Shown here: in pieces, positions 1-9,285 of the stretch
How positions within the stretch are numbered: position 1 is the stretch's first letter
How the letters are laid out: each line of letters starts with the position of its first letter
From: Syntrophales bacterium
GTDB lineage: Bacteria > Desulfobacterota > Syntrophia > Syntrophales > PHBD01
Reading direction: 5' to 3'
NCBI GenBank assembly: GCA_963668175.1
Contig: OY764159.1
Coordinates: 3,584,001 to 3,648,000 of the forward strand
Length of the DNA: 64,000 nt
Notes under the pieces: generated by a model
Told to the model about the DNA's origin: nothing
What the model saw: the letters and a program-made list of their open reading frames with translations, nothing else
Databases searched by the model: none
Program-made: the position numbers and the translations under genes

Positions 1-349
1 AAACGGGCCTGCCGTTTACAAGTTTAAGTTCCGAGTTCCGGAAGAGCGACCGGAAACAGAGCACTTCCAGGGCCATCCGAACGAACACGCCGGTCTTCGT
101 GGACGGACTTTCCAGAGGCTCACCCTTCAGCCAGTATAGCGATTTTTGCTGGCCGCACGTCGTCGTGATACGGAAGGGAACGGGGACCCTGGCCCAGGCG
201 ATCACTCGATAGACAACCCCACCTATAAAAGCAGCAAATGCGGCGTAAGGAAGGACGATCAGCACTACCGGGGAAAGGGGGCTGACGGCGATTCCAGCGG
301 CCAATGCGGTCAGAATCAGAATGGCTATAAAGGCGCAGATAAAGTTCAT
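1..349 (-). CDS. dsrM: DsrM, canonical type (5' part only; runs off the window edge)
   Basis: Not in the ORF track. Manual translation from ATG at 349 is open to position 1: MNFICAFIAILILTALAAGIAVSPLSPVVLIVLPYAAFAAFIGGVVYRVIAWARVPVPFRITTTCGQQKSLYWLKGEPLESPSTKTGVFVRMALEVLCFRSLFRN... The PVPFRIxTTCGQQKSLxW and EVLxFRSLFRN motifs are typical of DsrM. GAGGG lies upstream. Confidence 0.9.
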   Translation of the reverse strand, partial: MNFICAFIAILILTALAAGIAVSPLSPVVLIVLPYAAFAAFIGGVVYRVIAWARVPVPFRITTTCGQQKSLYWLKGEPLESPSTKTGVFVRMALEVLCFRSLFRNSELKLVNGRPV

Positions 350-365
350 GGCTGCCGTTCTTCCC

Positions 366-1979
366 TCAAGAATTCCAGGACGGTTCGTCCCCGAAACGGA
401 TGATCGCTTTCTTCATGCCGACCAGGGCGTTTACAACCAGCTCGACCAAACCTCCATAATAGAGCCTGCTTCGCTCCTCGGCATGGTAATAACCGATGAG
501 ATCCCGGATCGTCCCCTTGCAGTTCGAGCAGGGTGCGCAAACGTATTTCGGGATGTCGGCAGGTTCGTTTTCAAAGGCCTTGAGAATCTGCATAAATTTC
601 TTCCTGCTGCTGACCAGGTTCCGCCAGTCGGCGAAGTTGAACCCCGACATGATGGCAAACCCGGAACCGCCGCCGCAGCAATAATTGTCCACGCCGTGGG
701 GCCACATTTCCCGGAAACGCGGGGCGATCTTTCTCAAGATGCGCCTTTGCGGCTCGACGATGCCCATGGCCCGGACGACGTTGCAGGGATCGTGCAGGGT
801 AACGGGGAAATCGTTGCGGCGGGGGTCAAACTGCAATCCGCCGTTCATGACGATGTCCTCAAGGGTGACGAGGGCGGACTCCCGCGGGATATTGAGGTTT
901 CCCGTGAGCAGACGGTCTGCGGTGACCGTCAGGGCCTTGTGAGCGTGTCCGCATTCGCCGACGACGATCTTCTTGACCTTCAGCCGCCTGGCAATGTCGG
1001 CATGCCTCACGGCGACACGGGCGAACTGGACATCGTCATACCAGAGTCCGTAGTTGACGACGTCGTATCCGGCGGCCTCCGAAGACAACGTCCAGGAAAT
1101 GCCCGCGGCCTGAAAGATGATCGCAAAGGCCCCCACGTTTTCAGGCCAGGAGAGAATCTCCCCGGCATTGTGCAAAAGCAGGATATCCGCCCCTTCCACG
1201 TCCCAGGGGATTTCGACCTTGGCGCCCGTGATCTCTTTCATCTCCTCCTGGATGAATTCGATGTTGTCCTTGGCGGCGGCGGGATTCATGCCCGTGGAAG
1301 ATCCGGCCCGGAGATGCTGGACGCTTCCCTTCTCATGGATCTCCTTGGGCGCGATTCCCATTTCCTGGGAGAAGAGTTTTCGAATCTCATGGCTGATGAG
1401 GGCGTTGTCGACGCCGATCGGGCAGACCGACGCGCAACGGCGGCAGAGCGAACAGCGGTAAGAAAGCTCGGCCAGGCGTGCAATCGCCTGCCAGTTCAGG
1501 TCGATATCGCCCGTGAATTTTGCGGCGATCTTTCCTCCCGGCTTGATATACTTTCTGTAGATCTTCCGCAGGACCTCCGCGCGGAAAATCGGTCTGTAGA
1601 TCTCTTTTCTGCCGCTCATCTCATAGGCGGGACAGGCATCGGCACAGGTCTGGCATTTAGCGCAGTGTTCCATCGAAAGCATGAAAGGCTGCAGGAAGGT
1701 CCAGTTGTTCTCGCGTTCAAAAAGCTTTTGAAGACCGGCCAGAAACCGGCGCACAAGCTCCTCTTCTTCTTCCTTGGTCGCCGGCTTGGGAATGCCGATC
1801 GCCACGGTGTCGTCCAGGCTCGTTTCGATATGTTTGACCCTCTCCGGATTCAGGGGCGTGATCGTCTTCTGGTTGAAATCCTCGTAAGGAGGCGGGAGAG
1901 GAACCAACTCGCCGGGCGAGATATGAACCAGGCAGTCGGACGGCTTGGCTATGTCGGCGGGTTTAAGTGACGATTTCAT
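366..1979 (-). CDS. dsrK: DsrK/HdrD-family Fe-S protein (heterodisulfide reductase-like catalytic subunit)
   Basis: Two CxxCxxCxxxCP motifs (CAKCQTCADACP, CSLCRRCASVCP), GECGHA, HDPCN, NYCCGGGSG, CAPCSNC (CCG domain); overlaps the upstream NarI-like gene by 4 nt. Confidence 0.85.
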   Translation of the reverse strand: MKSSLKPADIAKPSDCLVHISPGELVPLPPPYEDFNQKTITPLNPERVKHIETSLDDTVAIGIPKPATKEEEEELVRRFLAGLQKLFERENNWTFLQPFMLSMEHCAKCQTCADACPAYEMSGRKEIYRPIFRAEVLRKIYRKYIKPGGKIAAKFTGDIDLNWQAIARLAELSYRCSLCRRCASVCPIGVDNALISHEIRKLFSQEMGIAPKEIHEKGSVQHLRAGSSTGMNPAAAKDNIEFIQEEMKEITGAKVEIPWDVEGADILLLHNAGEILSWPENVGAFAIIFQAAGISWTLSSEAAGYDVVNYGLWYDDVQFARVAVRHADIARRLKVKKIVVGECGHAHKALTVTADRLLTGNLNIPRESALVTLEDIVMNGGLQFDPRRNDFPVTLHDPCNVVRAMGIVEPQRRILRKIAPRFREMWPHGVDNYCCGGGSGFAIMSGFNFADWRNLVSSRKKFMQILKAFENEPADIPKYVCAPCSNCKGTIRDLIGYYHAEERSRLYYGGLVELVVNALVGMKKAIIRFGDEPSWNS

Positions 1980-2893
1980 TGTTTCTCCTTGGGCGGGGAG
2001 GAAACGATATCGCGCCAGTTTTTTTGCCCGTCCGCATCCACGTGCCTGGCCCGCCAGGTCGGTTTGAGACCCAGATAGTCCGCTACGGCGGCCTCGATCC
2101 TGTCGCCGGGCCGATTGGGGGCGTCATCCCACGCAACCCGGTGGTAGAGAAAATATTTCATGAACATGTGGGACATGTGCGTAAGCGGTATATAAGCCAT
2201 AAGGAGCGACGCCGATACGATGGCCATCGCGCCGGGCCGGGACGGAGCCGGGGTCCGGAAACGGCCCCCCGTCAGCAGGGCCAGGACATAATCCTTGGCG
2301 CCGTCCCAGAAAGGATCGACCATGAAAGTCGCCGCCAGGGCGGAAAGGAAAAACAGGAGGTTGAAAAGGAGATTGAAATAATCGGATACCGTCGCGTAGG
2401 CCCTGAGGTCCGGATCGGTCAGGCGCCTGTAGAGAAGGCCCAGCGTACCTAAAGTCCCCAGAATCACGCCGCTCCAGCCGACGGCGGCCACGAACGAGTC
2501 CGTAAGGCTGCGTAAGGCAGGCGCCTCCCAAACGGCAAGTCCGGCGCGCAGGAACATGAGTCCTAAAGCGGCCAACATAAGATACAATCCGAAGTGGAAA
2601 GGAAAAGAGACCCACCAGAGGCTTCTGTTGTTATGCCACAGTCCACGGATAAAGAGGATCTCCGGAACCATGAAACGGATCTCGTTGGTAAGCGATCGTT
2701 CCTGTTTCTTCGTCCACCAATCGTGTTCTTCCATGTAGGAGCCGCCATAGGCGGTTTTGGCGGCGGGTTCATGCTGGACGGGATAGAGTTCCCAGCGGAC
2801 ATGGACGGGAAGGGTCAGCTGCACGTAAATCCGGTAGCCGCATGCCAGCACAAAGACGGCCGCGCATAGATAGGACAAGAGGTAGAAGCCCAT
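1976..2893 (-). CDS. DsrM-like/NarI-family membrane b-type cytochrome (second DsrM paralog)
   Basis: About 5 hydrophobic helices; candidate heme-ligand His in FHFGLY and THMSHMF; translationally coupled to the dsrK-like gene. Confidence 0.8.
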   Translation of the reverse strand: MGFYLLSYLCAAVFVLACGYRIYVQLTLPVHVRWELYPVQHEPAAKTAYGGSYMEEHDWWTKKQERSLTNEIRFMVPEILFIRGLWHNNRSLWWVSFPFHFGLYLMLAALGLMFLRAGLAVWEAPALRSLTDSFVAAVGWSGVILGTLGTLGLLYRRLTDPDLRAYATVSDYFNLLFNLLFFLSALAATFMVDPFWDGAKDYVLALLTGGRFRTPAPSRPGAMAIVSASLLMAYIPLTHMSHMFMKYFLYHRVAWDDAPNRPGDRIEAAVADYLGLKPTWRARHVDADGQKNWRDIVSSPPKEKQ

Positions 2894-2994
2894 AAGTCTT
2901 TTCCCTGAGTTTCCCCTTCCTCAATGTGTCCCCGGGGCAGTTTCCGATGCGTCGTACGGTCGAGCCGGAAGATGCTCACCCGAAGAGGTTGCTT

Positions 2995-3315
2995 TCAGAC
3001 GCAGCCGGTCGGCTTCGAAAGCCCGGCCAGTTTGCAGGCTCCCTTGGCAGGCCCCGTGGGATACAGTTCGTATAGCCTCTTCATATCTATACCGTTATCC
3101 TTGCAGAGCTTACGAATCATGGGTGCAATACCGAACTGCTGGAAATAATTACGCAGATAGTTGATGATTTTCCAGTGCTCCTCCGTTAATGTCCCTTCGA
3201 TACCCTCTTCTTTGGCATAGGCCTGGGCGAATTCTTCGCTCCATTTATCCAATTCCTGAAGGAACCCGTCTTCATCCACTTCGTACGTCTTTCCTGCCAG
3301 TTCAATTTGCGGCAT
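2995..3315 (-). CDS. dsrC: DsrC sulfur carrier
   Basis: VDEDGFL, LTEEHW, and C-terminal GPAKGACKLAGLSKPTGCV with both conserved Cys; ATG at 3315 with AAGGAGG RBS. Confidence 0.97.
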   Translation of the reverse strand: MPQIELAGKTYEVDEDGFLQELDKWSEEFAQAYAKEEGIEGTLTEEHWKIINYLRNYFQQFGIAPMIRKLCKDNGIDMKRLYELYPTGPAKGACKLAGLSKPTGCV

Positions 3316-3356
3316 AACCAAAACCTCCTTTTGCAGTTATCATTCGATTGGATTTG

Positions 3357-4799
3357 TCATCCATTCGCCCGGCGTCCCTGTTCCGCCACCGACGCCGCCG
3401 GCTCGTTCTTATCGTTATGGCGGTACTGCCTGGCCTTTTCGATCAGAAGCTCCGCCCATTGAGGCGTTCCCAAAGCATGCAGATGCGTGAAGGACGCCAG
3501 TATATTCTTCCTGCAGAGGGCATCCCTGTTCTCTCCCATGCCGGTTCCTTTCAGAAGCCGGTAAGCCGTATGGACTTCCCCACGTTTGCAGGCAAGGATG
3601 CGCGAGTAATGGAACTCGTGCCCGGTCAACCGCATACCGACAGGGAAGAAGGGATTGATGCCCACGACGTCCGCAACCGTATACCCATGTCCCTGAGGCC
3701 TCTTTTCCATACCGAAGACCACGGGAAGCGCCCCGACCATAGGATAGCGTCTATCGCCGATGACCAGGCTTTCGCCCAGGTAAATGAAGCCGCCGCATTC
3801 GGCGTAAATCGGGAGCCCCCCTTCGGCGGCCTCCAGCAGAGAGCGGCGAAAGCTTTCGTTTGCCGAGAGCGCCTCCGCCTGAGTCTCCGGAAAGCCGCCG
3901 CCGATATAAAGGGCATCCAATCGCGGCAGGACCTTATCGTCTATGGCGCTGAGGTCCACGATTCTCGCGCCGCATTCCGCCAATGCCTCGATGTTTTCCC
4001 GGTAATAAAACTGAAATGCCCTGTCCCTGATGATGCCGACAGAGACCGGCTCTCCCGAAGCCCTGTTCCCCGGCTCCGCCTGAAGAGCAATATCGTCTTT
4101 CCAGGATGCTGCGCTCTGCGCAATCCGGATGAGGCCATCTATATCCAGTTCGCTTTCCGCCAGGAATACGGCCTGTCTGATAACATCGGCAACGTTGTCG
4201 TGTTCCTGCGGAGGAACCAACCCTAAGTGTCTTTCCAAAAAGGGAAAATCGGCTATCCTCGGTATGGCGCCAAAGACGGGAAGGCCGCAGCTTTCCCGCA
4301 CGGCCCTTGTGATAACGGACGAATGGCGGTTGCTACCCACCCGATTCAGGATGACGCCGCGGATATCGACTTCCGGATCGAGACACTGGCAGCCCCGGAC
4401 CATCGCGGCTGCCGTGCGGGTAACCTTATCGGAATCGACGACGAGAATGACGGGGGCCTTGATCATTTTTGCCAGTTCCGCTGTGCTGTATGCGCCGGCG
4501 GAGTTCACACCGTCGTACAGTCCCCGATTCCCTTCAACCACGCCCCAGGATCCGGCGGCGCGGCGGTAAAAGGAACGAACTACCTGCTCGGGCCCCATCA
4601 GGAAAGCGTCCAGATTATGACAGGGTTTCGACGCGGCCAGGGACAGCCAGGCCGCGTCGATGTAGTCCGGACCTTTCTTGAAAGGAACAATGTCGATTCC
4701 CCGTTTCCGCAGTGCGGCGACAACCGCCACCGAAATGGCGGTCTTGCCGGCGCCTCCGCGCAGGGAGGCAAAAACGAGTCTAGGGCAGTGCCGTTCCAT
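3357..4799 (-). CDS. dsrN: DsrN, siroheme amidase (CbiA/CobB-family a,c-diamide synthase)
   Basis: GGAGKT, FKKGPDYID, EGNRGLYDG, AECGG and GHEFHYS motifs; sits between dsrD and dsrC; start moved to ATG 4799 to avoid overlap with dsrD. Confidence 0.88.
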   Translation of the reverse strand: MERHCPRLVFASLRGGAGKTAISVAVVAALRKRGIDIVPFKKGPDYIDAAWLSLAASKPCHNLDAFLMGPEQVVRSFYRRAAGSWGVVEGNRGLYDGVNSAGAYSTAELAKMIKAPVILVVDSDKVTRTAAAMVRGCQCLDPEVDIRGVILNRVGSNRHSSVITRAVRESCGLPVFGAIPRIADFPFLERHLGLVPPQEHDNVADVIRQAVFLAESELDIDGLIRIAQSAASWKDDIALQAEPGNRASGEPVSVGIIRDRAFQFYYRENIEALAECGARIVDLSAIDDKVLPRLDALYIGGGFPETQAEALSANESFRRSLLEAAEGGLPIYAECGGFIYLGESLVIGDRRYPMVGALPVVFGMEKRPQGHGYTVADVVGINPFFPVGMRLTGHEFHYSRILACKRGEVHTAYRLLKGTGMGENRDALCRKNILASFTHLHALGTPQWAELLIEKARQYRHNDKNEPAASVAEQGRRANG

Positions 4800-4822
4800 G
4801 AGCGATATCCTTGCGCGGCAAA

Positions 4823-5050
4823 TCAGCACTCCTTGGGATAATGTTCGGCGAGCACGATATACGTAGTGCTTCCGCTCGACCAATACTTCAGGACATCATC
4901 CGTGATGAGTTCCTTAACGACATTCTGAATGGCATGTCGGTCTTCATCGGGCAGCCATTTGACGACGTCCCTGATATAGAACATCTTCTTGTCTCCCTTC
5001 GATTTCTGGCGGAATGCATCCAATACCTTCGCCTTCAGAACATCATCCAT
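4823..5050 (-). CDS. dsrD: DsrD
   Basis: 75 aa directly after dsrB, with YWSSGSTTY motif and GGAGG RBS. Confidence 0.92.
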   Translation of the reverse strand: MDDVLKAKVLDAFRQKSKGDKKMFYIRDVVKWLPDEDRHAIQNVVKELITDDVLKYWSSGSTTYIVLAEHYPKEC

Positions 5051-5056
5051 GATGGT

Positions 5057-6115
5057 TTACCTCCATTTGAATTGTGTCGACGACCGGAATGTTTCCGTCG
5101 CCAGGTCGAAATCGTCGATATGCTTATCCGTAAAAGGAATTCCCGTCAGGCTGAAGAATCGCTCCCAACCGATCCGTTCGATCCATTCGCCGACCCGTTC
5201 ATACTTGCGGGCGTTGCTCGCGTAGACCTCGATGATATTCTTGACCGCGTCCACCACTTCCGGCCAGCGCGGCGGGTTGTTGGGCAGGAAGGGAATCGCC
5301 AGCTTGGAGAACATCGGTCTGGTTCGTGTATTGGAGACTTTCCCCCCGACCCAGATGGAAATACCGTCGTTATCGGGATCGGCAATCGGCATGGCGGGAC
5401 AGACGGTATAGCAGTTGCCGCAGTACATGCATTTTTCGCTGTTGACGGTGACGGTTTTGTTCTTCATATCGCCTCGGATAGCGCCGGTTGGGCACGACGC
5501 CACCGTCGTCGGGATTTCGCAGAGGTTCGGCAAGCGCGCATTGTCGGTCTTGGGGACCGTACGATGGATACCCAGAATGGCGATGTCGGAGCAATGCACG
5601 GCGCCGCACATGTTGAGACAGCAGGCCAGGGCGATCCGCAGATGGGCGGGAAGCTTCATCGACGTAAAATACTCATGAATCTCATCCATCAGCGCCTTGA
5701 CCGGACCGGACGCATCCGTCGCCGGCGTGTGGCAGTGGACCCATCCCTGGGTGTGGACGATATTGGAGATGGAACGCCCGGTACCGCCGACGGGATATTT
5801 CCGTTTTGCCAGTTCGTCAAGCAGGGGAGAAACCTTTTCCCGATCGGCAAGAAGAAACTCGATGTTGTTGCGGCTGGTGAAGCGAAGATAGCCGTCGCAA
5901 TATTTATCCGCAATATCGCAAATTTCACGGATGTGATCTATCGAAAGCAGACGAGGCGAAGCGGCGCGCACCGTGTAGAGCGCCTCGCCAGTCTCCCCGA
6001 CATGTTTGAGCACTCCCGGCTGGAGATACTCGTGATACTGCCATTTTCCATAGTTTCGTTGGATGACGGGAGGAAGCATGGTCTTGTAATCCGGGGGGCC
6101 GATATCGGTTGCCAT
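5057..6115 (-). CDS. dsrB: Dissimilatory sulfite reductase beta subunit
   Basis: [60 protein letters not shown]. Confidence 0.98.
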   Translation of the reverse strand: MATDIGPPDYKTMLPPVIQRNYGKWQYHEYLQPGVLKHVGETGEALYTVRAASPRLLSIDHIREICDIADKYCDGYLRFTSRNNIEFLLADREKVSPLLDELAKRKYPVGGTGRSISNIVHTQGWVHCHTPATDASGPVKALMDEIHEYFTSMKLPAHLRIALACCLNMCGAVHCSDIAILGIHRTVPKTDNARLPNLCEIPTTVASCPTGAIRGDMKNKTVTVNSEKCMYCGNCYTVCPAMPIADPDNDGISIWVGGKVSNTRTRPMFSKLAIPFLPNNPPRWPEVVDAVKNIIEVYASNARKYERVGEWIERIGWERFFSLTGIPFTDKHIDDFDLATETFRSSTQFKWR

Positions 6116-6116
6116 A

Positions 6117-7307
6117 TCACTTCACCTCCTTTTGAATGTCTTCGGGCCAGAAGAAGACATAGGGGTTGGTTCTCGGGGCCTTGACCATCTGAGGTGCGGC
6201 GGGAAGCCCGACAGCCCGCAGGAAAGTTCTCATGCCCAATCTCTTGATCAGTTCGCCGACCCGCTCGCGGGATTTGCCGTTTTCACTCCACCAGTCCTGA
6301 ATCTTAACGATGAGGTCCTTCAATTCGTCGTAGGGCGGCTCAAGTTTCATGAAGGGTACGATCACCCAGGACAGAAGCGCCCCTTCCACGATCGGCGCTT
6401 TCCCGCCGATCAATATGGTTGCGCCCTTTTCCGCCCCCGGCCGCAGGGCTTTAGGCATCAGGTTGATGCAATGCATGCAGCGGGTGCAGTCCTCGTCATA
6501 GATTTTCAGAGTCTTGCCGTTCCAGACCATGCATCGCGTCGGACAAAGGTCGCAGACTTCCCTCTGAATATCGAGTCCGTCGGCTGCGTACGCGGCCACG
6601 GCTGCCTGATCGATCGGTATGTCTCCCTTCCACGTGCCGATGACGGCAAGATCTGAGCGGGCAATGGAAGCGACGCAGTCGTTCGGGCAGGCAGAGACTT
6701 TAATCTTGAACTTGTATGGGAACATGGGACGGTGGATCTCATCCTGGAAACTCATGGTCAAGTTATAGCAAACATCCAGACTGTCCACGCAGGCCCATTC
6801 GCAGCGGCCCGGTCCGACGCAGGCGCTCGGCGTGCGCAGGGCGGAACCGGACCCGCCGAGATCGAAGCCGGCCCCCGAGAGATCGTCGAAACATTCCTGC
6901 AGATGATCCGTCGTCGTGCCCAGAAGAATGATATCCCCGGTTGAGCCGTGCATGTTGGTAAGGCCGCTTCCGTGCTTTTCCCAAACGTCGCAAAGCTTAC
7001 GAAGCTTATCGGTCGTATAGAACCATCCCGTCGGGTGATTGACCCGCATGGTATGAAAGGCCTGTACGTTCGGAAATTCCTCGGGACGATCCGAATACCG
7101 TCCGATGACCCCCGAACCGTAACCCTTGACGCCGACGATGCCCCCGTGTTTCCAGTGGCCGATCTTCTCCTTGTAGGAAAGCTCCAGTTGCCTCATGAGA
7201 TCTTTGGCCATGGGGTTCTTCTCGGCAGCCTGCTTCATGTCGTCGACAAAACTCGGCCATTTTCCCCCTTCCAGTTGATCCAGAAGGGGCGTATCGGATT
7301 TAGGCAT
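6117..7307 (-). CDS. dsrA: Dissimilatory sulfite reductase alpha subunit
   Basis: [34 protein letters not shown], Cxxxxx[25 protein letters not shown]. Confidence 0.98.
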   Translation of the reverse strand: MPKSDTPLLDQLEGGKWPSFVDDMKQAAEKNPMAKDLMRQLELSYKEKIGHWKHGGIVGVKGYGSGVIGRYSDRPEEFPNVQAFHTMRVNHPTGWFYTTDKLRKLCDVWEKHGSGLTNMHGSTGDIILLGTTTDHLQECFDDLSGAGFDLGGSGSALRTPSACVGPGRCEWACVDSLDVCYNLTMSFQDEIHRPMFPYKFKIKVSACPNDCVASIARSDLAVIGTWKGDIPIDQAAVAAYAADGLDIQREVCDLCPTRCMVWNGKTLKIYDEDCTRCMHCINLMPKALRPGAEKGATILIGGKAPIVEGALLSWVIVPFMKLEPPYDELKDLIVKIQDWWSENGKSRERVGELIKRLGMRTFLRAVGLPAAPQMVKAPRTNPYVFFWPEDIQKEVK

Positions 7308-7340
7308 AATTTTCTCCTCCTCTGCTATTCTATCGGATCG

Positions 7341-8906
7341 TCATATCTTAGTCCAGTAATCAACAAAGACCATCGTCGACAACACAATGCCCAGCGGCAC
7401 ATTAACTATAACACCGACGGTGAAGGCCCAGAAAGGCTTCATGCCGAAGATGAGCATATCCTTGAAGCGCGTGGAAAGGCCGATGCAGAGGAAGCAGAAA
7501 ACAAAGGCCCATGACCGGAGGTTCTTGATCGGGCCGATCACGTCGGGACTTAAGACACTGTCGAACCAGTTGGAACTGGCCCGAAGCTGGTTCATGGCCA
7601 TCTCCTGATCCTTATCGGCGGCCGTCGCCAGTTTCTTCAGATCGTCGCCGGTCAAGACGCCCTTGTAAGAGAGGGCTTTCTTATCCATGTCGATTTTCAG
7701 ACGATCCGCATACTCGGGCGGCACCTGATATTTCGAAAAGTCCGCCTTGTAATCCTTCCCCTTGAATTTCCCTTCCCATTTGGCCTTGGCAAGATAATCC
7801 GCCGGTGCCGTCATCAGGCTGACGATGACGGACGCCGCAAGAAAGCCGAGCACGAATTTCGGGAACCGCTCCCAGATGATACCGCCCCCGACGGCACTTT
7901 TCTTCTCTCCCTCGCTTTTCTCCCAGAGCATGACCGAAACAATGGCCAGGATCAGGCACCATATTCCGATCCAGATATCCCGGCCGATGACCTTCATGAG
8001 AGTAAAGGTTTGTATCGGCGCGTCGCCGAATCGGCTGCCCAGTTCGGCGGCGACGGCAAACCCTGCCGCGTCGGCAAATTCCGATGTCCCGACAATGGCG
8101 CCGGCGACGCCCGGCGAGACGGACTGAGGAACAAGCTGCTTCAGGGCGATGGAGAGGGCGAAGATCATGACAATGGCCCAAACGGTGACGACGGCAATCG
8201 AAATAGATATATGTTCGTTTTTCGCCTTGACGGCTCCACCCACGGCAATCGACGCGGACACGCCGCAGACAGCTCCCCCTGCTCCCAGAACGGCGCCGAA
8301 TTGGGGCTCCAGTTTAAAAATCCTCGTTGCGGCAAAATAGATCGCAAGCCAGGTGACGACGGAGACGATAGTCGCCTGGATCATAGCGATGGGACCGGCT
8401 TTAATAATAAGAGTGAGGGGCAGCGTCGCTCCGAGGAGAACGATACCGGTTTTGATATAGTATTCCGTCCTCAGGGATACTTTCAGCCACGCGGGAATTT
8501 TCGTCACATTGGAGATGATAAGGCCGATGATGAGGGCGAGCAGCGGCGCTTCGATATTGAAATCCTGCATGAGCTTCCAACTGGCGAGATAAAAAATGAT
8601 CACCGAACCGACGAAAATGATGATATACCCGGGAATGAATTCCTTTAACTTGTGGCCCATGACCTTCATGGAAAAACTGAATATCACTCCGAAGAAAATA
8701 AAGATGGTGAGATATCCGGATGCATTCTTTGCCAGATCAGGCCAGATCTTGCTGAAATCGGACAGCTTGCTCGGCAGGACGGCCCACCCTTTTATGGATG
8801 TGCCGGACCACAGGGCGACAATAGCCAAGAGAACAATACCTAAACCAAGCCATACGGACCACCAGTCTTCCGTTTTCCAAAGCTTCTCGAAACCGCCGCC
8901 GTTCAT
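7341..8906 (-). CDS. YeiH/UPF0324 (putative sulfate/sulfite exporter family) membrane protein
   Basis: Multi-TM protein with EDWW, EYYIKTGIVLLGA, GGAVCGVSASIA and P[KW]FVLGFL motifs; ATG 8906 with AAAGGAG RBS; 33 nt upstream of dsrA. Confidence 0.85.
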   Translation of the reverse strand: MNGGGFEKLWKTEDWWSVWLGLGIVLLAIVALWSGTSIKGWAVLPSKLSDFSKIWPDLAKNASGYLTIFIFFGVIFSFSMKVMGHKLKEFIPGYIIIFVGSVIIFYLASWKLMQDFNIEAPLLALIIGLIISNVTKIPAWLKVSLRTEYYIKTGIVLLGATLPLTLIIKAGPIAMIQATIVSVVTWLAIYFAATRIFKLEPQFGAVLGAGGAVCGVSASIAVGGAVKAKNEHISISIAVVTVWAIVMIFALSIALKQLVPQSVSPGVAGAIVGTSEFADAAGFAVAAELGSRFGDAPIQTFTLMKVIGRDIWIGIWCLILAIVSVMLWEKSEGEKKSAVGGGIIWERFPKFVLGFLAASVIVSLMTAPADYLAKAKWEGKFKGKDYKADFSKYQVPPEYADRLKIDMDKKALSYKGVLTGDDLKKLATAADKDQEMAMNQLRASSNWFDSVLSPDVIGPIKNLRSWAFVFCFLCIGLSTRFKDMLIFGMKPFWAFTVGVIVNVPLGIVLSTMVFVDYWTKI

Positions 8907-9063
8907 ATCAGTCTCCTTTCTAGACAAGAAACCATTACGTTATTGGGACAGGTTCGTCCGGGTTAAGAAAAGGTTTAATGTGTTGAGAGACCCGCTGCGA
9001 TTAAAGATGCGAGAGAGCCGCAGGATTTGCAAGAGCGTTGTGCGTGATGTATCGCCTGAATAA

Positions 9064-9093
9064 ATTATAAAGTACGGCATGTTGAAAAGGCAA
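9064..9093 (-). promoter_or_regulatory. Putative sigma70 promoter of the dsr operon
   Basis: Minus strand TTGCCT-N18-TATAAT in the AT-rich region upstream of the yeiH-like gene. Confidence 0.45.
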
Positions 9094-9285
9094 GAAATTT
9101 TGTCTTTATAAATATTATATCATTTCAGATACTTGTCGGACGCTTTGGCGTTTTTTCTTCAAGAGTCTGACATTCTTATCGTGACGTCATTTTTCCATTT
9201 GGAAAAAACAGACAAAGCCGGTATGTAGTGTTTACCCCCTGGTTATGGATAAAACAACGGCGTTCTTCACAGGAGCAGAGAAGAT

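Noticed and set aside
321..1970. Long antisense ORFs (549 aa here; also 4811-6184, 24757-26850, 40859-42133, 45266-46606, 50153-51364)
   Set aside because: They lie opposite well-supported genes and have no recognisable motifs; they are shadow ORFs expected from GC-rich codon bias.
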